NCBI GenBank assembly: GCA_040954595.2
Contig: CM082578.2
Coordinates: 3,020,831 to 3,084,830 of the forward strand
Direction of reading: 5' to 3'
DNA: 64,000 bases
Source of the DNA: Balanoglossus misakiensis
Lineage: Eukaryota > Animalia > Hemichordata
The notes under the pieces were generated by a model. That model had not been told where the DNA came from and searched no databases. It worked only from the letters and a program-made list of their open reading frames with translations. Both the position numbers and the translations under genes were made by a program. Below, piece by piece: positions 1-12,142 of the stretch (the stretch's first letter is position 1; the number at the start of each line of letters is the position of its first letter).

Positions 1-667
1 CATCATTTTTAATGGATGAATACATCCCATAAAAGGAATGTCTCATTTCTTCCCCCAACTTTATCCCTGAAATTTTAGAAATGCTCTTCCATGTCCTGAA
101 TTTGAGGACACAAGGTTTCATGTCAACAAATTCCAAAGGTGGACTAGTACTAGTACTAGAACTGGGTCTTGTAAGGCACTCTTTCACTTTCACAATGATT
201 TCATTTGCAGCTGGGTTGCTTTCAATGCAGAGCTGCAGTTCTACTCGATAGATTGCCTCCCAAATTTGCATCAGAAAATTATGTGTCTTGTCAAAACTTG
301 TGTAGTTGGCAATACTTTATAGTGTCCTGCCTCTATGGTACATGGACGCAAATTCTTTTAACCCCTCTTCCCAGTAAACTTTCATAAGGACCCCCTGAAA
401 GTTCTTGAGTGTATGCCAATCCCCGATAAAGGTATCAACCATGACAATGCACTACCATACTCACCTTTCAGTTTTACCATGTGGTCACAGGTTTTACCAT
501 CCCCAACATTCACTAGATATTGTATCTTTTTACTTACCTGTATCAAATCATGTAAGTAGTCTAATACCTTCAACATGGTTTCTTTGCTATCAGCTGGCTC
601 ATCGAGCACAGCAATATACAGGCATGATTGTTCTGCATTTTGAGGTTCCTCATTTATCATGAATGAT
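1..667 (-). pseudogene. Academ-like transposase, catalytic-region fragment (frameshifted)
   Basis: ORF 382-660 contains GDGKT and WLIPLSG. It joins the sequence beyond 7785 once the LINE and one TSD copy are removed. Confidence 0.65.
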
Positions 668-799
668 AGCCAATGACATACAGCAATTTACAAGTGGAAT
701 ACGGAGCGCCGCCATCTTTGGAAGTTTCCGTTGACGTGAAGGGTCGCCACCAGCGAAATGTCCAATTTTTCGTCTATAACTTTGCAAGTCAGTCCCCAT
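668..799 (-). pseudogene. Inverted N-terminus of LINE ORF1 (MGTDLQSYRRKIGHF...)
   Basis: ATG at 799 on the minus strand opens 44 codons that run into the TSD. The peptide resembles the MG/P-x-D-x3-Y/W-R-x2-IG-x-F start common in invertebrate LINE ORF1s. Confidence 0.55.
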
Positions 800-1399
800 C
801 TTGAGTGTTCCTTGTCGTTGCTCCTTAAAATGACGTTCAGTAAAGGTTTAAAGGCTTAGGCATCGCCTAAACCGTGGAAATTTTGCTGAAATATCAGAGC
901 GCTAACATCTACCATGTCACCACACGGATGCTTACGTAACCTCTTGAATTCCACAGAGATGTATTTTCTTTTGACAAAGTCTCTCTCATTGGTTGTTGTT
1001 ATATTAGACCAGATAACCCCATCCGTAGAATTGAAATGTTAGATGACTTTCTAGTTAACTTTTCTTCAGACAATCCTGATAAACACATTATTTTGTTGGG
1101 CGATTTCAACTCAAGAGTGGGGCCCCTGGACGATTTTATCACTGATGACGCAATTGCACATGTTCCGATGTTAGACAATTTGGGTTACATTCCTGACACA
1201 TTTTGTACACCCTGTTGTTCAAAAGATTCAGTAATAACTCCAGCTGGTAGAATGATAATTGATTTATGCAAGCGAATGGGCATTCATATTGTAAATGGGA
1301 GAACACCTGGTGACCAAGATGGTCATTTCACATGTATTTATTATGCCGGTGCTAGTCTTATTGATTACGTCATCCTGTCCAAGAAGTTATTTGACAATG

Positions 1400-2080
1400 C
1401 ACAGACAAAGAGAAACAACAGACAAGCAACGCGGCATGTCCCTTTGATGTCTTGTTCACCTCGGCAAACAGCGGCAAACAATAGGCTTCAAATGTGTCAA
1501 ATGGGTTAGACACCGAGGAGACTTCCCAGAATACTTTGCGGTTGCGTCATTATCGACAGCTGCAGTACCTTGCCTGACACGGCTGTGCACTCAGGACTCG
1601 ACTGAAACACTACTTCACGACGACCACGATTTACACTTGATTTACACGTTAGAATTAGTATTTTCATCTACAACCCATGCAAGTTTACAGAACACGATTC
1701 GGCGAACAGGAATCTATTCCAAAAAATCGAGATTGATGATTAAACCTTTTCAAATTTACGATCGAACACACTTATTATATATTCATATTTTTTATTGAAA
1801 TGGTCAAACTCATCTCTCCGATGCTCAAACTTCCTCAAATTTTCGCTGTACACTCGCCTTCCGTCTACAGCTGACTGACAACAACAACACAAACTTTCAC
1901 GAAAACACTTTCGTTTCATAATCGGGAAAATTCCGGACATTGCCGAAGTGGATACGTTCGGAAATCTTCGGAGACAAGCTGCACCTTGAAGGGGAGCTGA
2001 GACACGCATAGGGGGATTAGGAGGTGTACTTCACACCTTTTGACAATAGTGTTGCTAGTCTGTTTTTCTCTTTGTCTGTG
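1400..2080. mobile_element. 681-bp non-autonomous TIR element (MITE), 7-bp TSD, P-element-like ends
   Basis: ~30-bp TIR CACAGACAAAGAGAAA...AGCAAC with its complement at 2051-2080. GACAATG at 1393-1399 and 2081-2087. Excision restores the LINE frame. Confidence 0.9.
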
Positions 2081-3270
2081 GACAATGTAAAGAATTTCAA
2101 CGTACTGCGTTGCACAGAATCTGACCATATGGCTTTGTCGTGTCATCTATTATATAATGGGATCAGGAATTGTCATTGTGATGTAAATGTTGAAAATGTA
2201 AATGTTGGTAGAAAAACAGAGCGTAAAAAATGGTCTGAAAATTTCAGAAACACCTTTCTTGAAAATATGTCTCCAAATGAAGTGAAAGTTCTTTTACAGG
2301 ATTCTCTTGTTAGTCTTCCAAATGTTTATTTAGCGGTTGATAAGTTCACTAAAAAACTGGAACTTGCAGGGGAAGTCATGAAATGTCCGGTGTTCGAAAG
2401 AAAATCGAAACAACATAAACAAACCGTGTGGTTTGATAGTACCTGTGCCTATAAAAAGCGTGATATGTACAGTAAACTGAAAGAGTTCAGAAAGACAAAC
2501 TCTGACGTTGCTTTAAGGGATTTTATTGCTGCAAAGAAAGAGTTTAAACAAACGTGTCGTGTTAAAAAAAAACGACTTTCAAAATGCTGTAAAAGAGAAT
2601 CTCTTAAAAGCTTGTACTGAAGGTGGTCCGGATCTTTGGTCTGTATTGAAGTCCTGTATGAATCGCCGTTGTTACAGTACAAATAGTATCACTTTAGAAG
2701 ACTGGTATCAGTACTTCAAAAGTTTGTATATGCAGTGCAGTGATACTGAATCCTTAGATTGTGACTTTTTTCAAACTGTAGAAGATGCTATTCAAAATAC
2801 TGACATTTCAGTAAATGTTACACAAGAAATGGATGATTTAAATAAGCCCATTTCAACAGACGAAATTTTGCTATGTTTGAAAAACTTAAAATCATCAAAG
2901 TCCCCAGGCTATGATGGTATACCTAGTGAATTTTTTAAGTTTTCTTCGCATGTAATTGTGCCTTTTCTGCACACTTTGTTTAATTTTATTTTCGAGAATG
3001 GATATTTTCCTGAAGACTGGGCTATTGGAGTGATTGTCCCATTGTTCAAAAAGGGTGATAAGAATGACGTCAACAATTCGCGGGTTCCGAGTTACCGAAA
3101 CATGCCACCTTGGCCGCGTGAGGGCGTATCAATGACGTCATTCTAAGTACAAAGTGCATGATCCGATGGGACCAAAATTCAAAATGGCGGCAGTGCGTGT
3201 GTGATCGATCGTGATCAATTCTGCTTGCAACTCCGTACTGGCATTATTTTGACAAAAAGACTTCCTGAAA

Positions 3271-3436
3271 ATGGTTAATTGGTTTTGTGCGGCTCCGGAC
3301 TGTACTATCTGCTTGCGCAATAAAAGAAACGCCGCAAAATACCCTGGATTGGCAGAGGTGACATTTCATGCATTCCCAACTGAGAAACATCGCTGACTTC
3401 GCCAGCAGTGGATTTCCGTGTTACGTCGAAAGGATG
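3271..3436 (+). pseudogene. THAP-domain N-terminus of the transposase (rest deleted)
   Basis: Reads MVNWFCAAPDC...(frameshift) VTFHAFP...LRQQWISVLRR. Confidence 0.7.
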
Positions 3437-3834
3437 CCCACTAGTCGCTTGGTGATTTTTGGAATATGAATACTTTGTGTGTGTTTGCGGTGATTTTTTG
3501 TTTGTCTTTATTAATAATCTCAATATTGTGTGCGTGCTTGTCTTGAGCGTGTTTCTGGTAGTGAGGCGAGTTTCGAATTTGAGACTGATCTCATGGTTTC
3601 TGGTAGCGTCGCTACGTGTTCCCTACACATACGCGCTCACACTCGCTGACGTTTACTCCACACACAAAAAAGCAAAGCATTTATAATAGTTACATTTTTA
3701 GACATGTCATGAATTTTATTCAGCCAATAAAAAAATAACTGTGGCTGTACATGTGGTGTCTTTTTGATTCAAATCTTAGTGCTTTCACAAGAGTTTCACA
3801 CGTCACTCTACTAAAAGTACCATGAGTGATAACC

Positions 3835-4076
3835 CTCACTTTTTGTTTCACTTTTGACATTAAAGAGGGTGTGACTGCAGAGAAGTGTGAAATACAATAT
3901 ATGTTGTAAGGGAATATTGTATGTTAGTTGGTTAGAGAACTGGGGAACTTGGTTTCGGTTAGTAGGTTAGTTGGTTAATGCAAACATTCCTTGATTCCCT
4001 TACAACATATTTTGTATTTGTTGATCTCGCTACAGTCACAACCTCTTTGACATCATAAGTGAAACAAAAAGTGAGA
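3835..4076. repeat. Imperfect ~80-bp inverted repeat pair
   Basis: CTCACTTTTTGTTTCACTT...ATGTTGTAAGGGAAT (3835-3915) against ATTCCCTTACAACATA...AAGTGAAACAAAAAGTGAG (3995-4076). Confidence 0.8.
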
Positions 4077-4152
4077 GTCACCTTTCTTCTAAAATAAAAG
4101 TAAACAATACTAAGCTATACCCTGGTTATCCTTTTCACTATCAACCACAGTC

Positions 4153-5810
4153 CTATGTACAACTGACAACAATGTTAGGTACAATAAAATCCTCATAAAA
4201 TGTAGAAAGTTTAGCTTCAGTTGTTTTCCCAAACAATTCATCGAAATATATCCTCTCTCTTGAAATGGCTTTTCTTGTGAATAACACAAAATCACACCAT
4301 TGCAGTTTACAAGTAGCAAGTTGCATTTGTATTTGGGTATACCATTTTGATGTCCTCCTCAAACACACTTTGCCATCTACATCCAAAAATACATGGTATT
4401 TGGGAACTCTAAGCTTGATATATCACATGGGAATATATTGCGGTGTTTGCTGGAACATTTGATTTCACACATTTAAAGCTGGCAATGATAGTGATTTTAC
4501 TAGCTATATTGGAGAATCTGTATCAGAAGCTGATATTGATTTTATGTCATCACTGACAGCTGATCAAATAGATTATGAGGATTGGTATTTGTATAGACAA
4601 GGGAGCGTTACTGCCAGTATTGCACATGATATCCTTCACATGAAAGAAACTCGGGATTTGAATAACTACATAGTCCAAAAAATTATGTCTGGCAGTCACA
4701 GGACAATACCTTCAACCCACATTGATTGTGGTATTACATGAACCTGTTGCTAAGCATTTATATCATGAGCAATACAAAAAGTTGCACCGGAAAGTGAAAT
4801 TTCAAGATGTTGGCTTAGTCATCAGTTCTGACAAGCTATATCTTAGTTCAAGTCCTGATGGGAGGGTATCATGCGAATGTTGTGGGACATCAAATGGCAC
4901 CTGGATAATAGTTGGACATAGTTGGTCTTGGTGTGTCGGGTTCAGACTTATCCTTTCTAATGTCAAGCTCATCTATTTCCATAGGAGTGGACTCTTTGGG
5001 GGGTTTATCCCACTTACAGGGAACATCAGTACAAACTTGAATATTTCTGTCTTTGTGGCGTCTATCGAAGTTGTTGATGCTAAACAACAATGCAACACAA
5101 TGTTTGCATGTTCCATGCTCACTGTAAAAAAAATTCAGATACATGGTAAACGTTAACGCATGATTGCAGCTTTTTTGTTTATGCCTCTCTGTGACTGTCA
5201 AATGAAAACTGAGGTATTCAAACCTAAAACGTCAATGCATCAAATGGAGAATGAAATCATATTAACTATTTTCAAACATTATCTAATTTTGCAAATCCTG
5301 ATTTACAGTCCTCAACAGCACTTTAAATTAGTCAACATATACTGTTGGAAAAACATAGACAATTCTGTCAGACTCTACTGACAGTTTTCTCATCGAAACA
5401 CACAGATACAAAGCAAACCGAACTAAAAAACAAATGTCAAAATACATGTATAACCATGGTTATTTCAACCCACCATTTCTATGTACCTAGTCACACTGGT
5501 AGAACTAAAAGCCACGGTGGATTAAAATGATAAAATTTATATTAAAAAATACTTACGCAACACAATTACAGCCTCAGAAGAGAATGGAGGTCGCTGACCC
5601 ACTCGGTGATCGTCGCCGGATCAGGCAAAGTGATGTAGAATTGCTTTTGGCGGGGTCGCGATCGTCTGCTACCGTCCGCCTTTTTTTGCTCGAAATTTCC
5701 TGGTCACCAGGCTCGAGTGGCCGAACGTCCAGTTCTATGGCTAACTCCACTACCTGAATTAGTCTATCTTTCCTGGTATTACAGCAAGTTATACCTCTTT
5801 CCGACAAAAC
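4153..5810 (-). pseudogene. SWIM zinc finger + YqaJ/lambda-exonuclease gene with central part inverted
   Basis: Minus strand: TCKHCVALLF...CTDVPCKW (4890-5130), CEIKC (~4455-4469) and YTQIQMQL...WCDFVLFT (4153-4386). Plus strand: WYLYRQGSVTAS...HEPVAK...SSSPDGRVSCECCG (4544-4890). Confidence 0.85.
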
Positions 5811-7785
5811 TTTCTCAGGTCAGGAACTTATGTAAACATGACCCCATTCAGGACCGGAAGTGCGGTGGTCCCAACTCGCACGCCCTCAGGCGACCAGAGT
5901 CTATGAACTTTCTACTTTATTGAGAACTCGGAACCCGCGAATTACCGTGGCATCTCACTTTTAAACGTTTTTGGTAAAATTTTCACTTTGAATGTACGGT
6001 TGACAGCACGGGCAGAAAACAATGATCTCAGGAATGACTCCCAAGCTGGTTTCCGAAAACAGCATTCTACCGTTGATCATATTTTTGTCTTACATGCGGT
6101 ACTTCAGAAATATCTCAGTGTAAAAAGAGGGAAATTTTATTGCTTATTTGTAGACTTTTCAAAAGCGTTTGACTCTGTAAACAATTCCTTGCTTCTGTAT
6201 ATACTTTCACTTATTGGTCTTCATGGTAAGATATTTAACATTTTAAAAAGTATGTACTCTAGTGTCAAGTCATGCGTCAAATCTTGGTCACCAGTGTCAA
6301 GTTATTTTGACTGTCCAGTTGGTGTAAGGCAAGGTTGTATGCTAAGCCCGTTATTATTTACATTATTTATTGAAGAGTTTAATGACATGCTTATAAATTC
6401 TGGAGGGCTTGGTATCCAAATAACCCAAGAAATGTTAAATTTATTTGCTCTTTTGTATGCAGATGATGTTGCAATTATTGCCGATTCTGTTGGAAACTTG
6501 CAGAAATTAATTAACGTTTTAGAGTTGTTTTGCAGAAAATGGGAAATGCATGTGAATCTTAATAAGACCAAACTTATGGTATTTAGAAACGGTGGCCATA
6601 GAGCCCGTTCAGAAAAATGGTCTTTAAATGGTCAATGTATAGAAGTTGTGAGCTACTATAAATATCTAGGCATTTTATTCTCATCTCGTAACACCTGGGG
6701 CAAAGCAGTTTCGACTTTAGCTGACCAGGCAAACAAAGCATTAAAAGTTCTGTCAATTTCCAGTAAGAGAGTGAGGGGATTTCCTTTTAAAACTCATTTT
6801 ATGTTATTTGAATCCACTATTTTACCCATCATGCTTTATGCCTCAGAAGTATGGGGCTATCAGTATTATGAAAAAATAGAGCAAGTTCAAAGGAAAATTT
6901 GTCGACTGTACATGGGACTTCCACCAAATGCTCAAAAGGAGGCGGTGGTTGCTGAATGTGGCAGGTTTCCTCTGTTTATTTTAACTTTAAAGCGTTGTAT
7001 TAAGTTTTGGCTTCGTGTAATTGAACTACCACCTTCTAGACTGCCACGTCAAGCGTATTCTATGCTTAAGAGTCTTGATCTACTGGGGCGACAAAACTGG
7101 CCAACTTCTATCAAACATATTTTATATTCTTATGGCTTTGGATACGTTTGGCTGGCACAGGACGTTGGTGATAAGGACAGGTTCTTGCAAGAATTTGATC
7201 TGAGACTAAATGAAGTTTTTAAACAAAAATGGTGGGAAGCTATTAACAAGAAACCGAAAATGCGTTCTTACATTGAATTTAAAAGCACATTAGATGTAGA
7301 AAAGTACTTGACTTTAAAACTAGATTTTAAAACACTTCAAACATTTGCTTGTTTCCGCTGTTCCTGTCTTCCGTTACAAATAGAGGAAGGTAGACACGCT
7401 GGTATTCCGAGCACTGAGAGATTTTGTAAAATGTGCAACTCAAATAAGGTTGAGGATGAGTTTCATTTTCTCCTTGAATGTCCTGCTTTTGACAACTTTC
7501 GTTCATTGTTCATACCAAATGAATTTTTCACTCACCCAAACAAATGCAAATTTCAACGTCTCCTACGAGTAACAGATGAGGATACATTATATAAGTTGTG
7601 TAAATTTGTTTATAAGGCTTTTAAGCTTCGCACAGAAATTCTCTCAAATGAAACTTAATTGTCTTCTTTTTTCCTGTCAAACAGTTCCTTTCATTTTCTG
7701 TTATCTATTTGTAAATTTTTGAATTGTAACCCACTTGCATATGGCCTTGAGACGCAATTAACTACTATTCTTTATCATGAATGAT

Positions 7786-10621
7786 TTTATACCGGGTAAT
7801 TTTACCTCAGATTCAATATCATCTGATATGTGTTTCTGCAAGATATATGTAAAAAGGTTTCTGTGCAACTTATTCTTTTCTTCTTGTTCAGTTGTGGACA
7901 CAAAAGAGCTTTCTAGCTCTAATTGATGAGTATTACACTACTGGTTTTCAGCCTCAATCTTAGCATTCATGGAATAGAGCTTCTCCTAAGATAATGCCCT
8001 CCTGTGGGGTTTTCTCATTTTAGTCCTTTTTGAACAATGAGATGGTGATGCAGAACGATAAAATGGGACAATTTACATGTGTCTGGCATGCTTTTTGTAG
8101 CCTGTATAGAAGTACCATGAAAACTCCTGCTCTCCTGTTGAGATGTCACTGCAGAATAACTTGACAACTTGTCAATGTTATCCACAGATATTGTAACGAA
8201 CAAATCCTCCTTCCACTGTCTTCTAATTTATGTTCACTTACCTGAACTACATGACGTTGGTGAATGTCCTTTGAGGTAATCATGCCAAACTTGTTTAATA
8301 CCTCATTGCATTCTCTGCTAGATGCTGTATGTTTGTCAATTAGATCACACAATAACAGATGACAGGGAAACGAACGCCGATCATTGTAAGAAAAGGCCAT
8401 ACAGCATAAAATATACAACTTTCTCTGTTGATGAGATTTATTGTTGCCATTTTCTAGTTGATGTGTGTCCCATCTGAATAAGTCATTATTTTCACATAGC
8501 TTTTTCCTCACTCATTTTTGAACATAGTTTAACTACGAAATTCCAGAGCAAAGGATCAATATTCTTTATCTCTTCTTCAAAGTTCACATCTGGTAAATTG
8601 ATGTTTTGACCTCTTTCTGACCAGGTATGGACTACCTCTGCTGCTTTGGTTCTCAGCAAATCTGCCACTTCACTTACCTTATATACAAGCATGGATCACA
8701 GTAACATACTCTGTGTAGATCATTAACAACAGTTTGTAATTTTATTTCTTATTTTTTTATTTTCTTACTTATTTAGTTGACAGGTCAACAGGCACAATGC
8801 CCCGATAACAAACTCCGAGAAAATAAATACAAAAACAAACAAACAAACAGGCACAAACAGATAGTAAAAAACAACAAACAATAAAAAACCAGAAAAAAAC
8901 ACAGTAAAAACAGCACGAGAAAGAGAAACAACAGTTTACTAGATATGAACTTTGAAGAAGAGATAAAGAATATTGATCCTTTGCTCTGGAATTTCGTAGT
9001 TAAACTATGTTCAATTTCAGCATTAAGATGTTTCTCACATGAAACTTTATCTGCATAAAGTTTATGGAGAATATAAATAACATCTGCACCTTCTCTGTAT
9101 AAGAGTGTTCCTGCCCATCTATTGGAGCTTGTATGTGTACACACACTAACCCCCAAAGTCATCCGAATAACAGTCATAAGCCACTTGTGGGATTTTCTGA
9201 ACATATCCAAATCAACTTGATGACCTGTACTGTCTTTGAATAATTACAAAGAGGCTTCTAATATATTGACATACTTCATGTATAATTCCATCAATAAGAT
9301 TACCCGATCTTTCATTGAAATTTCATTATAGAAAAAAATTAATGTTTGTGCTTTACTGTATGGTATGACATCAGCTATGGTACAGCATTGTATGTTTTCA
9401 TGTGGTGATATCACACTTGACAAGTGACTCTTACTACTTGACAGTATTCCTGTTTCCTTACCTTAGTTATCATCACACAAACTATGACTCAATTAAAACT
9501 GACCAATGATGTCAATAGCAACATACCTACCCCCGACTTTAATTCTGCTATCACAAAAATAACACCTTTTCCTATTCATATAGTTCCAAACAGTACCATA
9601 ATGATTATGACACAGGCAAACATGTTCTCCTTCAACTTCAAGACACTGGTCTATTGTTAACGCAACGCCAAAACATTCAGCAACTGTAGTGTTATCAACC
9701 CAATCACAAATATGGACATTACCACCAAATGTACCAGCCGCATCCTGACAATCATTCAACAAACACGTCTTAATATCCAAACTTGCTCTTTTAACTGATG
9801 ACTCACAAGAAATTGATTCTGATTGGAAACCACGCTTCAAGGCTAGCTCACAACCCATCACAAACACAGTCATCGTCAGCTATAGTTGAATAACGTGTCT
9901 TAACAAAGTCATAAAATTCAACATAATTTGGGATTTCTTGTATCAGATGAAAATATTAGATTCCAAAACCATTTTTCTGACAGACAAAGCATGGTCCACA
10001 TATAGGCCTCTCTGGGTGAATATTTTTTGCCTTCAGATGTATTTGTTTCCCGAAAAGTCCCTCCATGGAAGTACATTGTCTCCAAAGGAGGGAAACGATC
10101 TAAAAAGCAATGGTCACATGTAATATTATGTATACATACATACGTCTTTGAAACTGTATACCAGATACTGGTCTGTAGGATGGTGACAGGTGCAGCTGGG
10201 CTGATAAAGAGATAAGAAGGGGGATCGCGTCACAAAAAGTCTCATCACATATTTTACACAAGCGTTTTGACAGTTCATTGATCAATGTAAATTACTTTTG
10301 ATGCTACTTATTATTACACATCCAATAAGAAATACCATACATCAGATATACATTTTTTGCTTGCGTATATAATATATACTTTTTGTTGGCTAGGGTTTAA
10401 AATCCACAAGCCAGACCTTTTCCCTGAGCTCCACAAGTTTCACGCGCAAGCGTCCCAGCGCCAATGACCACACGCCGTGTCACTAGCTCGGCTGATCCTG
10501 GCACCTCTCCAATTATTGGGCTCGCGGGGTAAATACCATACTTGCTCGCGACGATTTCTTCTCGTTCAAAATCTGCTAACGGTTGTAACGTCTCTGTTAG
10601 TGGGTTCACATCTAGGCCCAT
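7786..10621 (-). pseudogene. Academ-like transposase, N-terminal and central fragments
   Basis: Broken ORFs 10397-10621, 10100-10285, 9493-9873 (Cys-rich), 8492-8692, 8146-8511 (LNKFGMITSKD) and 8015-8203 (VDNID...HGTS). Confidence 0.6.
8743..9012 (-). mobile_element. Short retroposon 3'-end-like insert fused to an inverted copy of local DNA
   Basis: A-rich tail and T-rich body on the minus strand (8743-8940). 8941-9013 is the reverse complement of 8519-8591 with one mismatch. AATTT flanks at 8738-8742 and 9013-9017. Confidence 0.65.
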
Positions 10622-11201
10622 GCCCGGACAAAACTATTCCCGATGATTGTGACTAGATAAGGTAATCTTTAGTCCACGTACACATTGTGTTTCGGACAGT
10701 CCTGGCTAACATCGTCTCGCCGACCTTTGACCTTATAAAGAAGAACCATATTGCTCCTTTTCTGTTTGTTTATTCACCATTGTCAAATGATAGACTACAC
10801 TGTTTATGTCAATTGTAAACGGTGTCAACTTGGACCAGAGTCGGACAAAACGAGTCCACACACATCGTGCTGGGATCAGAGTTGGACCAGAGCAGGACAC
10901 AAACCACCCCATTCAACTGGGACAAAAATTGTCCGGACAAGGGTCGGCCAGACCCTTTCACATCTGTTTTCGGCCACGGACCTTGCTAGGACAAGGTCCT
11001 AGCTATTTTTGAGTAATGTGAACTGCCTATGTGTTGCCCTAAGTCCCCCAACAAAGGTTATCATCTACTTTGCTTAGTATTTCACAAAACACGCAATACA
11101 TCGCCGTAATAACATGAAATACGAACAGAGGGTTTCAATAAATAATCTTGCCTGGGCGTCAAAGTACTTCCGCGTTTTCTCGATTTCAAACACTCTAGTC
11201 T

Positions 11202-11360
11202 CACAGGCGCATGTACTGATGCTATTCCACTATAGGCCCGAACATAGCTTGAGCGCTCGTTTGACGCAAAATCAGGAGATCGTCTAAGCTACTGATTTAT
11301 CGTTTTTAGACACTTTAAAATTAATAAAGAACTGAAATAGCATCTGTACATGCGCCTGTG
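11202..11360. mobile_element. 159-bp MITE-like element
   Basis: ~27-bp TIR CACAGGCGCATGTACTGATGCTATT / AATAGCATCTGTACATGCGCCTGTG. No clear TSD. Confidence 0.65.
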
Positions 11361-11879
11361 GTCATTCTGTGATCTTTTGAAATCACGAGCATGCTTATGC
11401 TGTATGTGACGTCAAGCGCACATTATGCATATGCATACGATTGACTGTCATGACAACCTGGTGGAAGGTCTCAAGTTCGTATCCTGTGAAATGCAAGTCC
11501 AAATTGTATTTGGAACGCAAAACAAGCCATTACTGTCAATATGAAACCTATTTACATTACAGTCACTCGACAACGTATCGTGGCATTAGTATTATTTTGA
11601 TGTTAGAACTATGTTCGCAACTTCTTTATTCAGGAACTCACCAATACGATACCATTTTCTTCCTTCTACTTGATTCAAATAGTTAACTGTCCAAGCTGAG
11701 TAATATTGTACTGAAATAGTAGCCAGCGCCGGTTCACTTTTTATGTGACTGGTTTCTTGTGGTTGTTGCATACATAAGTCGTTCAGTTATTTGTTTATTC
11801 CCCGCTAAGATAATCGGGCAGGGTGCAACATTTGTTTTACGCTTTTTATTCTCATTGATGATAGTTTTACTAAGACGAA

Positions 11880-12142
11880 TTTATTTATTTGTTTACGATT
11901 GTATTCATGAAAACTTCCCACTAAAAATTCCACAGTACTTCGTTAATATTGAACACATTTATCCAACAAGGTCAAAAGAAAAAGGGAATCTTCTGGTTCC
12001 CAAATACGCCACAAATGTGGGTCAACATACAGTGAAATACTATGGTGCTCAAATATGGAATCAACTTCCGCAACATATCAAATCTGTCTCATCAAAGTCA
12101 TGCTTTAAAAAAGAATTGAAAAAGTATTATTTATCCATTTGA
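11880..12142 (+). mobile_element. 3' fragment of a CR1/L2-group LINE ORF2
   Basis: HIYPTRS...YYGAQIWNQLPQHIK...FKKELK matches the typical CR1-group C-terminus. Confidence 0.75.

Larger units (their letters stand above)
3078..5940. mobile_element. ISL2EU-like (PIF/Harbinger-related) DNA transposon, internally deleted
   Basis: Perfect 16-bp TIR TCGCGGGTTCCGAGTT / AACTCGGAACCCGCGA. TSD is AT (or AATT with ends one base shorter). Convergent THAP and SWIM+YqaJ exonuclease remnants match the ISL2EU gene pair. Confidence 0.85.
951..7658 (+). pseudogene. LINE ORF2 (endonuclease + reverse transcriptase + C-terminal Zn motif), split by two insertions and one frameshift
   Basis: Segments ~951-1399, 2088-3077 and 5943-7658 rejoin as LFDN|VKNF and DVNN|YRGISLL. 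There is a frameshift at the A-run near 2564-2572. Confidence 0.9.
668..7770 (+). mobile_element. RTE-X-like non-LTR retrotransposon with 5' inversion, 15-bp TSD
   Basis: TTTATCATGAATGAT occurs at 653-667 and 7771-7785. Endonuclease motifs: LLGDFNSR, IDYVIL, SDH. RT motifs: PGYDGIP, NYRGISLL, FVDFSKAFDSV, GVRQGCMLSPLLF, YADD. C-terminus IEEGR...CKMC...EDEFHFLLEC is typical of RTE-X. Confidence 0.9.
1..11005 (-). mobile_element. Decayed Academ-like DNA transposon (left end outside window), interrupted by LINE insertions
   Basis: Minus-strand fragments carry Academ/DUF6589-type motifs in order: VDNID...FHGTSIQ (8015-8203), then DEPADSKETM...VGDGKT...WLIP (382-660). The putative terminus reads TAGCTAGGACC on the minus strand from 11005, with GGAC-rich subterminal repeats at 10830-11000. 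The partner end is not visible. Confidence 0.6.

Noticed and set aside
1390-2047. TTTGACAAT as a 9-bp TSD for the first insert
   Set aside because: It gives no TIRs. The 1400-2080 boundaries give 30-bp TIRs, a 7-bp TSD and a more natural LINE protein.
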